Shown here: one piece after another, positions 13,034-24,567 of the stretch | Position numbering within the stretch: position 1 is the stretch's first letter | How the letters are laid out: each line of letters begins with the position of its first letter | Origin: Scyliorhinus canicula | Lineage: Eukaryota | Direction of reading: 5' to 3' | NCBI RefSeq assembly: GCF_902713615.1 | Contig: NW_024055487.1 | Coordinates: 267,500-331,499 of the forward strand | DNA length: 64,000 nt | Made by a program: the position numbers and the translations under genes | Notes under the pieces: generated by a model | What the model was told of the DNA's origin: nothing | Databases searched by the model: none | Seen by the model: the letters and a program-made list of their open reading frames with translations, nothing else

Positions 13034-13103
13034 TGATTTTATATTGACTTGCCATACGGTGCTACAATGGATATTCACAGTGACAGAGACCGGGTCAATT
13101 TCC
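13034..13103 (+). other. D segment (13062-13075, ctacaatggatatt) with flanking RSSs, probably 12/12
   Basis: 5': tgattttat + 12 nt + tacggtg; 3': cacagtg + 12 nt + tcaatttcc. Nonamers are degenerate. Confidence 0.7.
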
Positions 13104-13415
13104 TCCGCACAAAGCAAGTAACAATTCGCCCGGCCTGGTGGCGAATTATCGGGATGATGTTATCATGGCTGTAACCTGGTTACGTTTCATTGTCATTTCC
13201 ACCATTTCCATCTTTCTTTATCATTTTCGTCGGTTTATATGAAGCGAATATTTCCTGCCTCCGGCCATTTAGTCATAGCTCAGGGCCTCACAGAGAACGG
13301 TTTAAATCAACACAGTCTCTGAAACATTGGATGTTGTTTATGTATTTCAACCCCCCGAATAATTGGGCAGCTTCGAATGATTGGTGATCATTTTCTTGCT
13401 GTTTGAGGTGTCGGT

Positions 13416-13496
13416 GGTTATTGTACCGGGGAGTCTGAGAGCCGCGTCACTGGGGATATGCAGATGGATACGGGACGGTGGTGACTGTCACAGCCG
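13416..13496 (+). other. J segment (13455-13496) with 23-spacer RSS
   Basis: ggttattgt + 23 nt + cactggg; encodes YADGYGTVVTVTA (G-x-G-T motif); phase-1 donor gtaagt at 13497. Confidence 0.85.
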
Positions 13497-14259
13497 GTAA
13501 GTGTCTCCAAACCCCGCTATTTTACAGAGCGTGTCCGCGAATGTTAACCCTCAGTTTATTATTATGATCCGTACTTCTTAAAACCGATTGAAACTGGAGC
13601 TGATCTGCTTTCTAAGTAATATTCTTGGCGGCAGATTTTGATTTCCGAGCAGAATATGATTCTGGAGTTGGGTCCAGGTCTTTCCTGTGGAAACTGTATA
13701 TGGAGCAGGAGGTCAGAGGGATAGGGGTAGTGGTAATTGGGGTTGGGTGGTGGTGTTGGTGGGAGTTGACAGTATGTGGACCATTACTAGTTTAATGGCA
13801 CATCATGTCCATGCTCAACATCACAGGCTCTCTCATTCCGAACTGTTTTTAATGAAAGCAGATTGTCGACGGTCCGGACTCCGCTGTCGGAGTTGGTCTG
13901 TGAGGGGGCTCTGTGTCTGTCCGTTTGGTCACCACATCGGCTCTTAGAGCTCTCTCCACGGCAGCCGTTCGTTCTCCGAACTGCGCAATGTGATTGATGC
14001 ACCATGTGAAGAAACGCAACATTTGCGGAAACGCATGTACCGACATTTGAAACAGTCCAGAGAAAATTCACGAGGTTGGCCCCGTCTTTGGAGGTAATTT
14101 CTATAAAGGAGATTCGAAGAAAGAGACTTGACCTTATTGAGACAGATAGGATAATCTGGGGGTTTGACAGGCTGGATCCTGAGAGGATTTCCTTTTGTGT
14201 CTCGAACCAGAGGGCATAATCTCTGAGTCAAGGGGCGCCATGTAAAACAGAGATTACAT

Positions 14260-14587
14260 AGAACAGTTCAGGCCCTTCGGCCCTCGATGTTGTGCCGAGC
14301 AATGATCACCCCTCTCAAACCCACGTATCCACCCTATACCCGTAACCCAACAACACCCCCCCCCCCCCTAACCTTACTTTTTAAGGACACTACGGGCAAT
14401 TTAGCATGGCCAATCCACCTAACCCGCACATTTTTGGACTGTGGGAGGAAACCGGGGCACCCGGAGGAAACCCACGCACACACGGGGAGGACGTGCAGAC
14501 TCCGCACAGACAGTGACCCAGCCGGGAACCGAACCTGGGACCCTGGAGCTGTGAAGCATTTATGCTAACCACCATGCTACCGTGCTG
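14260..14587 (-). mobile_element. HE1-like SINE
   Basis: Reverse complement of SINE head, body and CR1-like tail. Confidence 0.85.
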
Positions 14588-14754
14588 CGGGACGGTAGGA
14601 GGAATTACGATTAGGAGGAATTTGTTCTCTCAGACGGCCGTGAAACTGTGAAATATTGGCGCTAAGCATGTTCAAGGCTGAAAGAGACAGACATATATTC
14701 AGTGAGGGCGTCGAGCGTTAGGGGTATAAGGTGGGATAGTAGAGTTGAGGATTA

Positions 14755-15370
14755 TCGTCATGAAAAATTTTAAGGTGGAAAAGTCCCCAGGGCCTGATGG
14801 GATCTACCCCAGAATACTGAAGAAGGCTAGCGAGGAAATTGCTGAGGCCTTGATAGAAATCTTTGGATCCTCACTGTCTTCAGGTATGTTCCAGAGGACT
14901 GGAGAATAGCCTATGTTGTTCTATTGTTTAAGAAGGGAGCAAGGATAATCCAGGAAACTACAAGCCGGTGAGCCTTGCATCAGTGGTAGGGAAATTAGTG
15001 GAGAGAATTCTTCGAGACAGGATCTACTCCCATTTGGAAGCAAGTAGATGTATGAGTGAAAGGCAGCATGGTTTTGTGAAGGGGAGGTCGTGTCTCACTA
15101 ACTTAATAGAGTTTTTCAAGGAGATCACAATGGTGGTTGCTGCAGGTAGTGCAGTGGATGTTGTCTATATGGACTTCAGTAAGGCCTTTGACAAGGTCCC
15201 TCATGCAGACTGGTACAAAATGTGAAGTCATACGTGATCAGATGTGAGCTTGCAAGAAGGATACAGAACTGGCTAGCTCATAGAAGGCAGAGAGTAGCAA
15301 TGGAAGGGTGCTTTGCTGAATGGAGGACTGTGACTACTGGTGGTGTTCCGCAGGGATCAGTGCTGGGACT
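14755..15370 (+). mobile_element. CR1 RT fragment
   Basis: KSPGPDGIYPR; QHGFVKGRSCLTNLIEFF; YMDFSKAFDKVPH; GVPQGSVLG. Confidence 0.9.
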
Positions 15371-16307
15371 ACGGTCTGAAATGCTGCATAGGGTTCTGTC
15401 ACCTCAGTTCAGAAATTATCTCCATGCTTGGGAGGAAATTTAACAAATATTCCTGAGATAAATTACTGTGAGTAGAAATTGAGTTATTTAGACCGAGATT
15501 CCATGTAATGTAGAGCCCTGAGATGTAACTTCATCAGAACATACCATATGTTCAAAGGGCTTGGCAGAACAGATACTGGGTAAGTGTATCCAGGCTGGCT
15601 AGGTTATAACTTGGGATCCCAGTTTCAGAATATGTGTTTCGGCAGTAGAGTTAAGAAGAGGACACATTTCTTTAGTTAACCAATTCTTGTGAATCTTTGA
15701 TTTCTGTTTCTCAGAGAGTTCTGGATTCTCAGATGTGAGTTTATTCATAGACGTGTTCAATAGGTTATTAGATATAAAAGTAACAAAGGTTATGGCGACA
15801 ATGGGGGGACTGGTTGTTGAGTAAGGGGATCAGCGAGCATATAATGAATGGCGGGTCAACTTTGAAAGGTGGTCTCGTCGGTATTACTTCTACCCGTTAG
15901 AAATTGTCTTTTGAATCTTGCGGTTCTGAGGACGGAAATCAGCTGCAATGCAAATCTCTCTGGAAAGGTTCAACATGTTGGGTCCACTTTCGCCGAGGGA
16001 TGGAGAATCACGAGGAGGATTTCTAGGTGAATTAAATTATGAACATAAATCTGAATGGTGATTTGTGCGTTTTTCCAGAGAAAGGGACGGTGAACATGTA
16101 ATAGTCATTAACAGAAAACAGACACAAATTGGAAACAGATATTTCTACACAGAGACATCAGGGTATACCAATCGCTGCCACATTGAGTGGTTGGCGCAGA
16201 GACTATTGTTTCAGAAATGGGTTGGATGGAAAATAAAGGAGGGGAAACAGAATGGAGCGACACAACGTGCTGGATTGAATGGCCAACTCGATTTCGGGTG
16301 GGTTAGG

Positions 16308-16732
16308 CTGACCTGGAGTATGCACAGACATAAATCAGTTGGGCCAAATCGTTCATTCCTCTTCAGTAGATTATACACAATATAAAACTTACAGAAATGT
16401 TCGCTCAGAGAACCCGAGAGACAATCAGTTAATAAACTGAAAGAATTGTAATTGTCAGAGTGCCGGAAGAGGCAGTTCCCAGTGAATAACAGTGAAACCC
16501 ACTGCGGAAACTGAACAGACTGAACCCAACCGACAACTGAGAGACTTTGGGACAAGTTCCCACGATCACGAAAAGCACAAACAGCACAAAGTAAATGTAG
16601 AAATAAAATTAAACTAACAGTAAATGATTCAATTTAAAGAGAAACGGAGACAAATATTATTGATTGAAGAAAATAGACAGAGTAAAAGGCAATCAGAAAC
16701 TCCGGGAAATGTTAAACTGCAGTCAGTGATTG
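16308..16732 (+). repeat. Left arm of long inverted repeat (partner 18801 to about 19230)
   Basis: e.g. ggcagttcccagtgaataacagtgaaacccactgcggaaactg is the near-perfect reverse complement of about 19020-19070. Confidence 0.85.
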
Positions 16733-17326
16733 ACATCTAACTACGGATGTCCAACGTCGGTTTGTATCCATAGCCAATGAATCGCAATCATTTTCTGTTG
16801 GATCTTGCTGTGCTAAGTGATGAATGCAGTTCGGTTAAACTCGGCCAATTATATCAGGAAACAGATTGTCTCACTGATATGAAAATGTTCCCTCGCGTCT
16901 GGTCCTCAGCAAGGACAATAGGAGTAGAAATGTCACACCCATGGTAGAACCATGCAGAAGTAAGGATTGCATTAGGCCCCACGGGCAGATGCTGCCCTTT
17001 GTCAATGAAATACACTTCTTCCCATGAACCATTTAATTTTCCTATAACTCTGCATTTTCCTATTCCGGTCATTGACCATTGCCCGTTTATAAGTCTTTGT
17101 GGAATCAGTTCCCACCACATATATCGTGTGTGCATTGCGGAACTTTCGAGCTTGTGGCGGGAAAGATAATAACCACTCATTCCTCACTGGTTCATATTGC
17201 CATAAAAGTTAATACAGTTCAAGCAGAATTAAAATAAAAACAATACCACAAACAACTGAGCTGTTCACGTGATTAACAAATAATGGCTCTCCGAATAAAA
17301 CAAATTACGTTTTTTTCATCCGCCAG

Positions 17327-17632
17327 ATTCCAGTTCCTCGGTGTCCAAGAACCCGCCTATCCAAAACTCTGCTGCCGGTGACACAGTTACTTTAAATTGG
17401 GAATATTCAGGGTTGTGTCAGTACACAGTACACTGGTACCGTCAGTCCCCAGGACAGGCTCCGGAATTCCTGCTTCAGAGACACACTTCAGGAGGCGCGA
17501 ATAAAGAAAACGCTGCCGGAGGGAGAATTTCTGCTTCTATCGACACTGCCAAGAAAACCAGCCGTTTAAAGATCTCCAAACTTCAACCGAGCGACTCTGC
17601 TGTGTACTACGCTGCACTGAGCCGGCACACAG
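17327..17632 (+). pseudogene. Leaderless supporting TCR-delta V exon; open frame but both canonical cysteines replaced
   Basis: Acceptor ccag ends 17326, phase 1 matches the J donor. DSSSVSKNPP...TVTLNWEYSGLCQYTVHWYRQSPGQAPEFLL...DSAVYYAALSRHT. Has the CDR1 Cys; FR1 C>W and FR3 C>A. No leader exon seen. Confidence 0.85.
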
Positions 17633-18155
17633 CACAGTGATACAGAGCACGGAGAGAGCTGTACAGAAACCTGAACATGGTGAGTATCACACACACAGTG
17701 ATACAGAGCACGGAGAGAGCTGTACAGAAACCTGAACATGGTGAGGATTACACACAGTGATACAGAGCACGGAGACAGCTGTACAAAAACCTGAACATGG
17801 TGAGGATTACACACAGTGATACAGAGCACGGAGAGAGCTGTACAGAAACCTGGACATGGTGAGGATTACAGACACAGTGATACAGAGCACGGACAGAGCT
17901 GTACAGAAACCTGAACATGGTGAGGATTACACACACAGTGATACAGAGCACGGGGAGAGCTGTACAGAAACCTGGACATGGTGAGGATTACACACATAGT
18001 GATACAGAGCACGGAGACAGCTGTAGAGAAACCTGACCATGGTGAGGATTACACACACAGTGATACAGAGCACGGAGAGAGCTGTACAGAAACCTGAACA
18101 CGGTAAGGATTACACACACAGTGATACAGAGCACGGAGACAGCTGTACAGAAACC
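17633..18155 (+). repeat. Nine-copy tandem array of 23-spacer RSS (59-61 bp unit)
   Basis: Heptamers at 17633, 17694, 17753, 17812, 17873, 17934, 17995, 18056, 18117, each with a 23-nt spacer and mostly acagaaacc; copy 3 is the perfect consensus. Confidence 0.95.
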
Positions 18156-18544
18156 TGAGCATGGATCAAGAAAATGGTTTAACCACTGATTAACCTGGAG
18201 TATATGCCAATCGCGTGAATTGCTCAGTTTTTGTGGCAATGTTATCACTTTAATTGCATTTTAATTGTATTCACTGTTACAATACAATTGATACAATGCA
18301 AACCAATGGGGACTGAGGTGATGTTTTATTCCACCCAGTAAACTCTAACGATCTGAAATGCACTGTCAGAATGGGTGGTGGGAGCTGATTGAACAGTGAT
18401 TTACAAACGGGTAAAGGTCAAATATGGGAAAAGGATAATAACAGGACTATGGGAAAATCATGGTCGAATAGTATTTCATTCATGAAGGAAAGGCATTCAC
18501 CCGAGGTAGTGAATGTCATCCTTATTTCTGTTTGATTCTACCAT

Positions 18545-18800
18545 GGATAGAACATAGAACAGTACAGCAACTGTACAGCACAGAACAGGCCCTTCGGCCC
18601 TCGATGTTGTGCCGAGCAATGATCATCCTACTCAAACCCACGTATCCACCCTATACCCGTAACCCAACAACCCCCCCTTCCCCCTTCCCCCCCCCCTCCC
18701 CCCTTCCCCCTTCCCCTTCCCCTTCCCCCCTTCCCCCCCCTTACCCCCTTCCCCGCCCCTTCCCCCCTCCCCCCTCCCCCCCTCTTCCCCCCCTTCCCCC
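18545..18800 (-). mobile_element. SINE/CR1 tail followed by a C-rich tract
   Basis: ggcccttcggccctcgatgttg tail, then (ccccctt)n-like run from about 18671 to 18800. Confidence 0.75.
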
Positions 18801-19230
18801 CAATCACTGACTGTGGTTTAACATTTCCCAGAGTTTCTGATTGCATTTTCTCCGATTTGACCATTTTCTTCTTTCATTAATTTTTTTCTCCGTTTCTCTT
18901 TAAATTTATGTATTTACTGTTAGTTTCGATTTGTTTCTAACTTTAAACTTGCTGTTTGTGTTTCTTGTAATCGTGGGAACTTGTCCCAAAGTTTCTGAGT
19001 TGTCGGTTGGATTCAGTCTGCTCAGTTTCCGCAGTGGGTTTTACTGTTACTCACTGGGAACTGCCTCTTCCGGCTCTCTGACATTTTCACTTCTTTCCGC
19101 CCATGATTGATTCTCTCCGTGGTTGTCTGTACGCAGTATTCTCTGTGGTTTACATAGTATAGAAATTGGGGGAGAGGAATAGATCATTCGGCCCAACTAA
19201 ATTGTGTCTGCGCATATACTCCAGACCAGA
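18801..19230 (-). repeat. Right arm of long inverted repeat
   Basis: caatcactgactg... is the reverse complement of ...cagtcagtgattg ending 16732. Confidence 0.85.
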
Positions 19231-19469
19231 CTGTCCTCCCCCCCCCCCCCCCCCCCACCCGATATCTAATTGACCATTTCCATCCAACTCCCTGTGTCGG
19301 TCTAGACTGTTCTCTTTCCAGTATTTCCAAATCTGCCCATAAATGTATCAATACTCTCTGCTCCAAGCTCCATGTGGCAACAGGTTCCATTTTCTCACAA
19401 ACCTGTGTTTAAATCTCTTCAACTTCATATCTGCATTTGTTCGGTCACTGATATATATCAACATGGAAA

Positions 19470-20250
19470 CATAGAAAACCGGTGCAGGAGTAGGTCATTC
19501 GGTTCTTCGAGCCTGCACCACCATTCAAATGTTCATGGCTGATAATGCAAATTCCGTTTCACACTCCCACTTTCTCTCCATTCCCCTGCTCCCTTTAGCC
19601 ACAAGGGCCACGTCCAGCTCCCTCTTGAATATATCCAACGAACTGGCCCCCACGGCTTTCTGTGGTAGAGAATTCCACAAGTTGACAACTCTCTAAGAGA
19701 AGAAGTTCTGCCTCATCTCAGTGCTGAATGGCTCATTCTTTATACTTAGGCTGTGACCCCTAGTCCCAACATCGTGAACATTCGTCCCGCATCTGGCCCG
19801 TGCAGTCCCATCAGGATTGTATATGTTTCTATGAGATCCCCTCTCATTCTTCTCAACTCCAGTGAGTGCAAACCCAGCCGATCCAGTATTTCTTCATATG
19901 TCAGGCCTGCCATCCCGGAAATTAGTCTGGTGAACTTTCGCTGGACATGCTCAAAAGCAAGAATGTCCTTCCTCAAACTAAAACTACACACAATACTTAA
20001 GGTGCGGCCTCACCAAGGCTCCATATAACTGTTGAAAGCAATCCCATCTCCTATGCTCAAACCTTCTCTATCTGAAGGCCAGCATATCACAGGCTTTCCT
20101 CGTCGCCTGCTGTACCTGCATGCCAATCTCCAACGAATGTACATGTGAGGTTACCCTCCTTGGTGGCAAAGACAAAAAGGCAGATTATTCTCTGAATGAT
20201 GGCAGTTTAGGAAACTGGGAAATGCAGCGAGACCTGGGTGTCCGGTGGGA
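19470..20250 (-). mobile_element. Degenerate CR1 3' region
   Basis: ORF 19746..19991 LRKDILAFEHVQRKFTRLISGM...MRGDLIETY. Confidence 0.8.
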
Positions 20251-20411
20251 CAGTTGTTATTGATACTCCACGAGGGCGACATGCTGGCGCAGTGGTTAGC
20301 ACTGCTACCTCACGGTGCCGAGGACCTGGGTTCGAACCGCCGGGGCCACTGCTGTATAGAGTTTGCACATTCTCCGCGTGTCTGCGTGGATCTCACCCCA
20401 ACCCAAACAGG

Positions 20412-20585
20412 GGCGGATTTAGCTCACTCGGCTAAATCGCTAGCTTACCAAGCAGGTCAGCAGCACGATTCGATTCCCGTACCAGCCTCCCGAACAGGCG
20501 CCGGAATGTGGTCACTATGGGCTTTTCACAGTAACTTCATTGAAGCCTACTCGGGACAATAAGCGATTTTTATTTCATTTTCATT
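20412..20585 (+). mobile_element. Short SINE (ggtttagc...gctaaatcgctgg family); further copies at about 42850-43050 and 43735-43920
   Basis: Repeated about 180-bp unit ending aagcctact...caataagcgattttcatttt. Confidence 0.75.
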
Positions 20586-20831
20586 GCATGTGCAGGATAG
20601 GTGAATTGGCCATGCTAAATTACCACTTGATTTGAAAAATTTAAAATAAAGTCCACGAGACCATATGTATTTTTATATTGCATTAGATCTTGTCACCACC
20701 ATGCCTCCTTCGTGGAGTATTAATAACAACGTTGCACAGTGTAGTATAAACAGTGGCCAAATCAAGTGCGATATGAGCAGTGGCATGGTGTTACAGCAGT
20801 AACTGATACTGCACCTACGATAATGAAATAA

Positions 20832-21007
20832 AAGAGAAAATGCTGGAAAATCTCAGCAGGTCTGACATCATCTGTAGGGAGAGAAAAGAGCTAACGTTTC
20901 GAGTCCAATGACTGCTTTGACAAAGAGTCATTCGACTCGAAACGTTAGCTCTTTTCTCTCCCTATAGATGCTGCCAGACCTGCTGAGATTTTCCAGCATT
21001 ATCTCTT
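20832..21007. mobile_element. Near-perfect hairpin element with about 80-bp arms
   Basis: aaatgctggaaaatctcagcaggtctg...aaagagctaacgtttcgagtc versus gactcgaaacgttagctcttt...cagacctgctgagattttccagcatt. Confidence 0.85.
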
Positions 21008-22058
21008 GTGTTTCAGATTGCAGCATCCGCAGTAATTTGCCTTCATACTACAATGAAATGATACACTAAGCCAGACAATGCCTCTGTAGTTTACGAGGTG
21101 CAATCTCAGGTAATACCACACAGCACCGTGCATCATCGAAATATAAAAACATTTTAGATAGTAGTAGGAGAAGGAGAAGTAGGAATAGATGGAGGTTCCT
21201 CCATCCAACGTGATCACAATGGGTTCTCTATCAAAACCCCAATACATTTTCCACACACTTTGACACATTTAGTGTTCTATTTCCTTCTTAAATATATTCA
21301 GTAATATTGCCTGAAAAATGTTCATTTTTAGATTTTATGGATCGTGCCTCCATTTTCACTGCACTTCTTGTTATTGCTTCTGAGTCATGTCTCGGTAATT
21401 ACTTGCCCAATGTTATCGAAATTGATATTCCACCAGCCACCTATCAATTGTTTATTCACTAGAAACTTTAAACTCATACTGGAACATCTGAAGGCACTTT
21501 CAGAATGGATGGTTTCCGAGGAGAAACAAGGGGGTCTGCTGTGTGCACACGGTGCAGCATTTGCCTGCGATCGGCTCGATCTCATACGTCCTTCCATGTT
21601 TGTGATTAGTTATTTCAAGTTCTTTCCTCGCAAATATATTTCAATATTTGTGTATCAATACAGCACTAAACACCAGAACACTTACAAATACGCAAACCAC
21701 GTCAACGTATCCGTCAACTAAAAGCACAATATGTCAGATATTGAAAGAGACAGATTTTTATCATAGATCAGACTTCAGCTCAGAGTTAACAAGAGGTGTT
21801 TTGATTGATGGAGGGGCACAGAATTATCTTGGGGCTGGGAGGGACCGCAAAAGTTGCAGTCAGCAGTTCACCCCAGGGAACAAATTAAAGGCATGGACTC
21901 GTCTCTTAATTTGTTTATTCACCGATCTGTAACTAAAGGGCATGTTGGAATTTAATTGCCCCTCTGGAGACTCTCACTGGTATAAATGAGGGACCCTTTG
22001 GAAGTCTTGCAGACCTAGTATGTGCACCTTGCAGAATTCAATTGGTTCCTGAAAGACG

Positions 22059-22128
22059 ATGCATGGACCAGCGAATGGACCATTTTATGCCATTTATTAC
22101 CCGGCACTCGCTATTATTGGTGTCCCAG
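22059..22128 (+). pseudogene. GPR139/GPR142-like GPCR exon 1
   Basis: MHGPANGPFYAIYYPALAIIGVP plus G, donor gtaag at 22129; joins in frame to exon 2. Confidence 0.8.
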
Positions 22129-23653
22129 GTAAGAGCGGAATCTCAACTGCAATATTTATTTTTCTTCTGAATCTTCTTAACTCTTCCCTTTAAGGATCGT
22201 GCTGAAAGGTTTATTGCATTACGATATATTAGAGTGCATCACTTAATTTTGTATTACAGAGCAGGACAATAAATAGTCAATAAGTTACCCTTCACACTTA
22301 TAGAACAATTGTTTATTAGACTGCAGAAATATGAGTTATAATGTTTAGCATTGTACGGACGTTATATTGTTAAACAGTGCAACACATTTGCTACAAATCG
22401 TTATTGAGCTGCAGGATGGCACAGGAATGGGGAGGGACTAGTCTAATAAGCCGCATGAGGTAATGGAGGCGATTCGAACATGTACCAAACTCTGAAAAGA
22501 GTACTGCGCACAGGCTCAGTCCCCTGCGCTTTCCCAATAACCCCTTCGCCTCACCTAACCTACACATCTGCTTTAGACACTGAGGGGCAATTTAGAATAG
22601 CCAATCCAGCTAAACTGCACATTGTTGGGCTGTGAGAGGCACCCAGGGGAAACCAGACAGATACAGGGAGAAAGTTAAAAATCTCCACACAGACAGTAAC
22701 CCAAGGTCATAATTGAACCCAGGGCCCTGGCACTGTGATCGAAGGCAGTACATTTGCAATGGCTGAACGGGATGTGGTATGCGTTATTCATTAGGAAAAA
22801 CAGTTTTGGATCATTGAATCATAACATTTACAGTGCACAAGGAGGCCATTCGGCCCATCGAATCTGCACTGGACCTTGAAAAGAGCACCCCACCCAAGCC
22901 CACACCTCCACCGTATCCCCATAACCCAGTAACACCACCCAACCTTCCTGGACACGTAAGGGCAATTTCGCATGGCCAATCCACTTAACCTGCACATCTT
23001 TGGAATGTAGGAGGAAACCGGAGCACTTGGAGGAGACCCACGCACACACATGGAGGATGTGAAGACTCTGCACAGACAGTGACCCAAGCCGGGAATGGAA
23101 CCTGAGACCCTGGAGCTGTGAAGCAACTGTGCTAACCACTATGCTACCGTACCGCCCCTTTCAGTTGAGTTCACTGGCGATGCAAATTGGGAGTATAGAC
23201 ATATGAAAGTGGTAAATAAGGGTTTGAGCAGCTCTTAAGCTAAGGCAGACTTTCAGACCGGCGATAAAATGGGCTGTGGAGAAATGTCGAAATATGCAGT
23301 GTCGGTGCTTATGACCGACGGGTTTGGGAATGTGGGCGTTTGGAAGTTCAGCCCACCGTCAAACAAGACTTGAATATTGTAAATGGTCTCTAACTTTAGA
23401 GGATGGCCAGCCACGGGAATCGACCCAGTGGCCAGAGAGCGGAGTTTGTTGCAGGGACTGATTGAGATATTTTATGAATTGACAAACGTTTAATCCAGCA
23501 TTGGATTTGCATCAAGTAGTAATGGTTTTGGAATAATTGAAATCTGGAGGTGCGAAATGGACAGGTCAGGAGGGTTTCGGTAGCGGAATGTATCAGGGAG
23601 TCGCTGGTTTTTGGAGTCTGCTCAGTGACGCCATTCTCTTTTCTCTTTTACAG

Positions 23654-24567
23654 CCAACTTGATGGCGATCATCATCCTATCCCGAGGACGGTGCGGACTC
23701 TCTCGGTGTATCACCTACTACCTGGTAGCGATAGCAGTGACTGATTTCCTTGTCATGGTCACCGCTGTTATCCTCAACCGGATTGGTGGCATTTACTGTA
23801 GGTACAGCGTCCTATCGATCACCCCCGGATGCGCTGTCAGCACCGTGCTCGTTTATGCGACCCGTGATGGTTCAGTCTGGCTGACCGTGGCCTTCACCTT
23901 CGACCGTTTTGTATCCATCTGCTGTCAGAGACTGAAGACCCGATACTGCACCGAGAAAACTGCATTGCTGGTCATAGGAATGGTCATTACCTTGAGCTAC
24001 GTCAAGAACATCCCTTTTTACTTCACCTACCAGCCCTTGTACGTATTGGACGAGATTTCCTGGTTCTGTGATATTAAGTCCAGCTATTACACGATCCCGT
24101 CGTGGCAAGCTTATGACTGGCTCGACCACATATTAACCCCCTTTCTTCCGTTCTTCTTTATTCTGATGCTCAACGCCCTGACTGTAAGGCACATTGTAGA
24201 GGCCAGCAGAGCCCGCAGGAGGCTCAAGGGCTCAGAGAGTGACGGAGATCCAGAGATAGCCAACCGCAAGTAGTCGATTGTCCTGCTCTTCGCCATCTCG
24301 CTCAGCTTCCTCCTCCTCTGGGTCACATATGTTGGACATTTCCTGTACGTTCGGGTTACAGCTGAGGTCTACTTCACGGGTCTGGATTTCAATGATCCAC
24401 ACTTCATCTTTCAAGAAACGACCAACATGCTTCAGTTACTCAGTTCCTGCAACAACACCTTCATCTATGCAGTAGCGCAGACCAAGTTCCGAAATGAGCT
24501 GAAGAAGTTTCTCATTTTTCCCTTCGCCATTATCACTGGTTGCTTTAGGTTGAACAGTGCTTCATGA
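23654..24567 (+). pseudogene. GPR139/GPR142-like class A GPCR exon 2 with one in-frame TAG (24271-24273)
   Basis: NLMAIIILSRGRCGLS...AVTDFL...VWLTVAFTFDRFVSICC...FLPFFFILMLNALT...NRK*SIVLLFAIS...LLSSCNNTFIYA; 7TM layout, natural stop at 24565-24567. Confidence 0.85.

Noticed and set aside
13289-13316. Second D segment (cacagag + 12 nt)
   Set aside because: No convincing nonamer and no 5' RSS
17633-18155. CRISPR-like repeat array
   Set aside because: Vertebrate DNA, no unique spacers; the units are RSS copies
18628-18864. Gly- or Pro-rich ORFs, or a functional G-quadruplex
   Set aside because: Expanded C-tract inside a SINE remnant; nothing supports function
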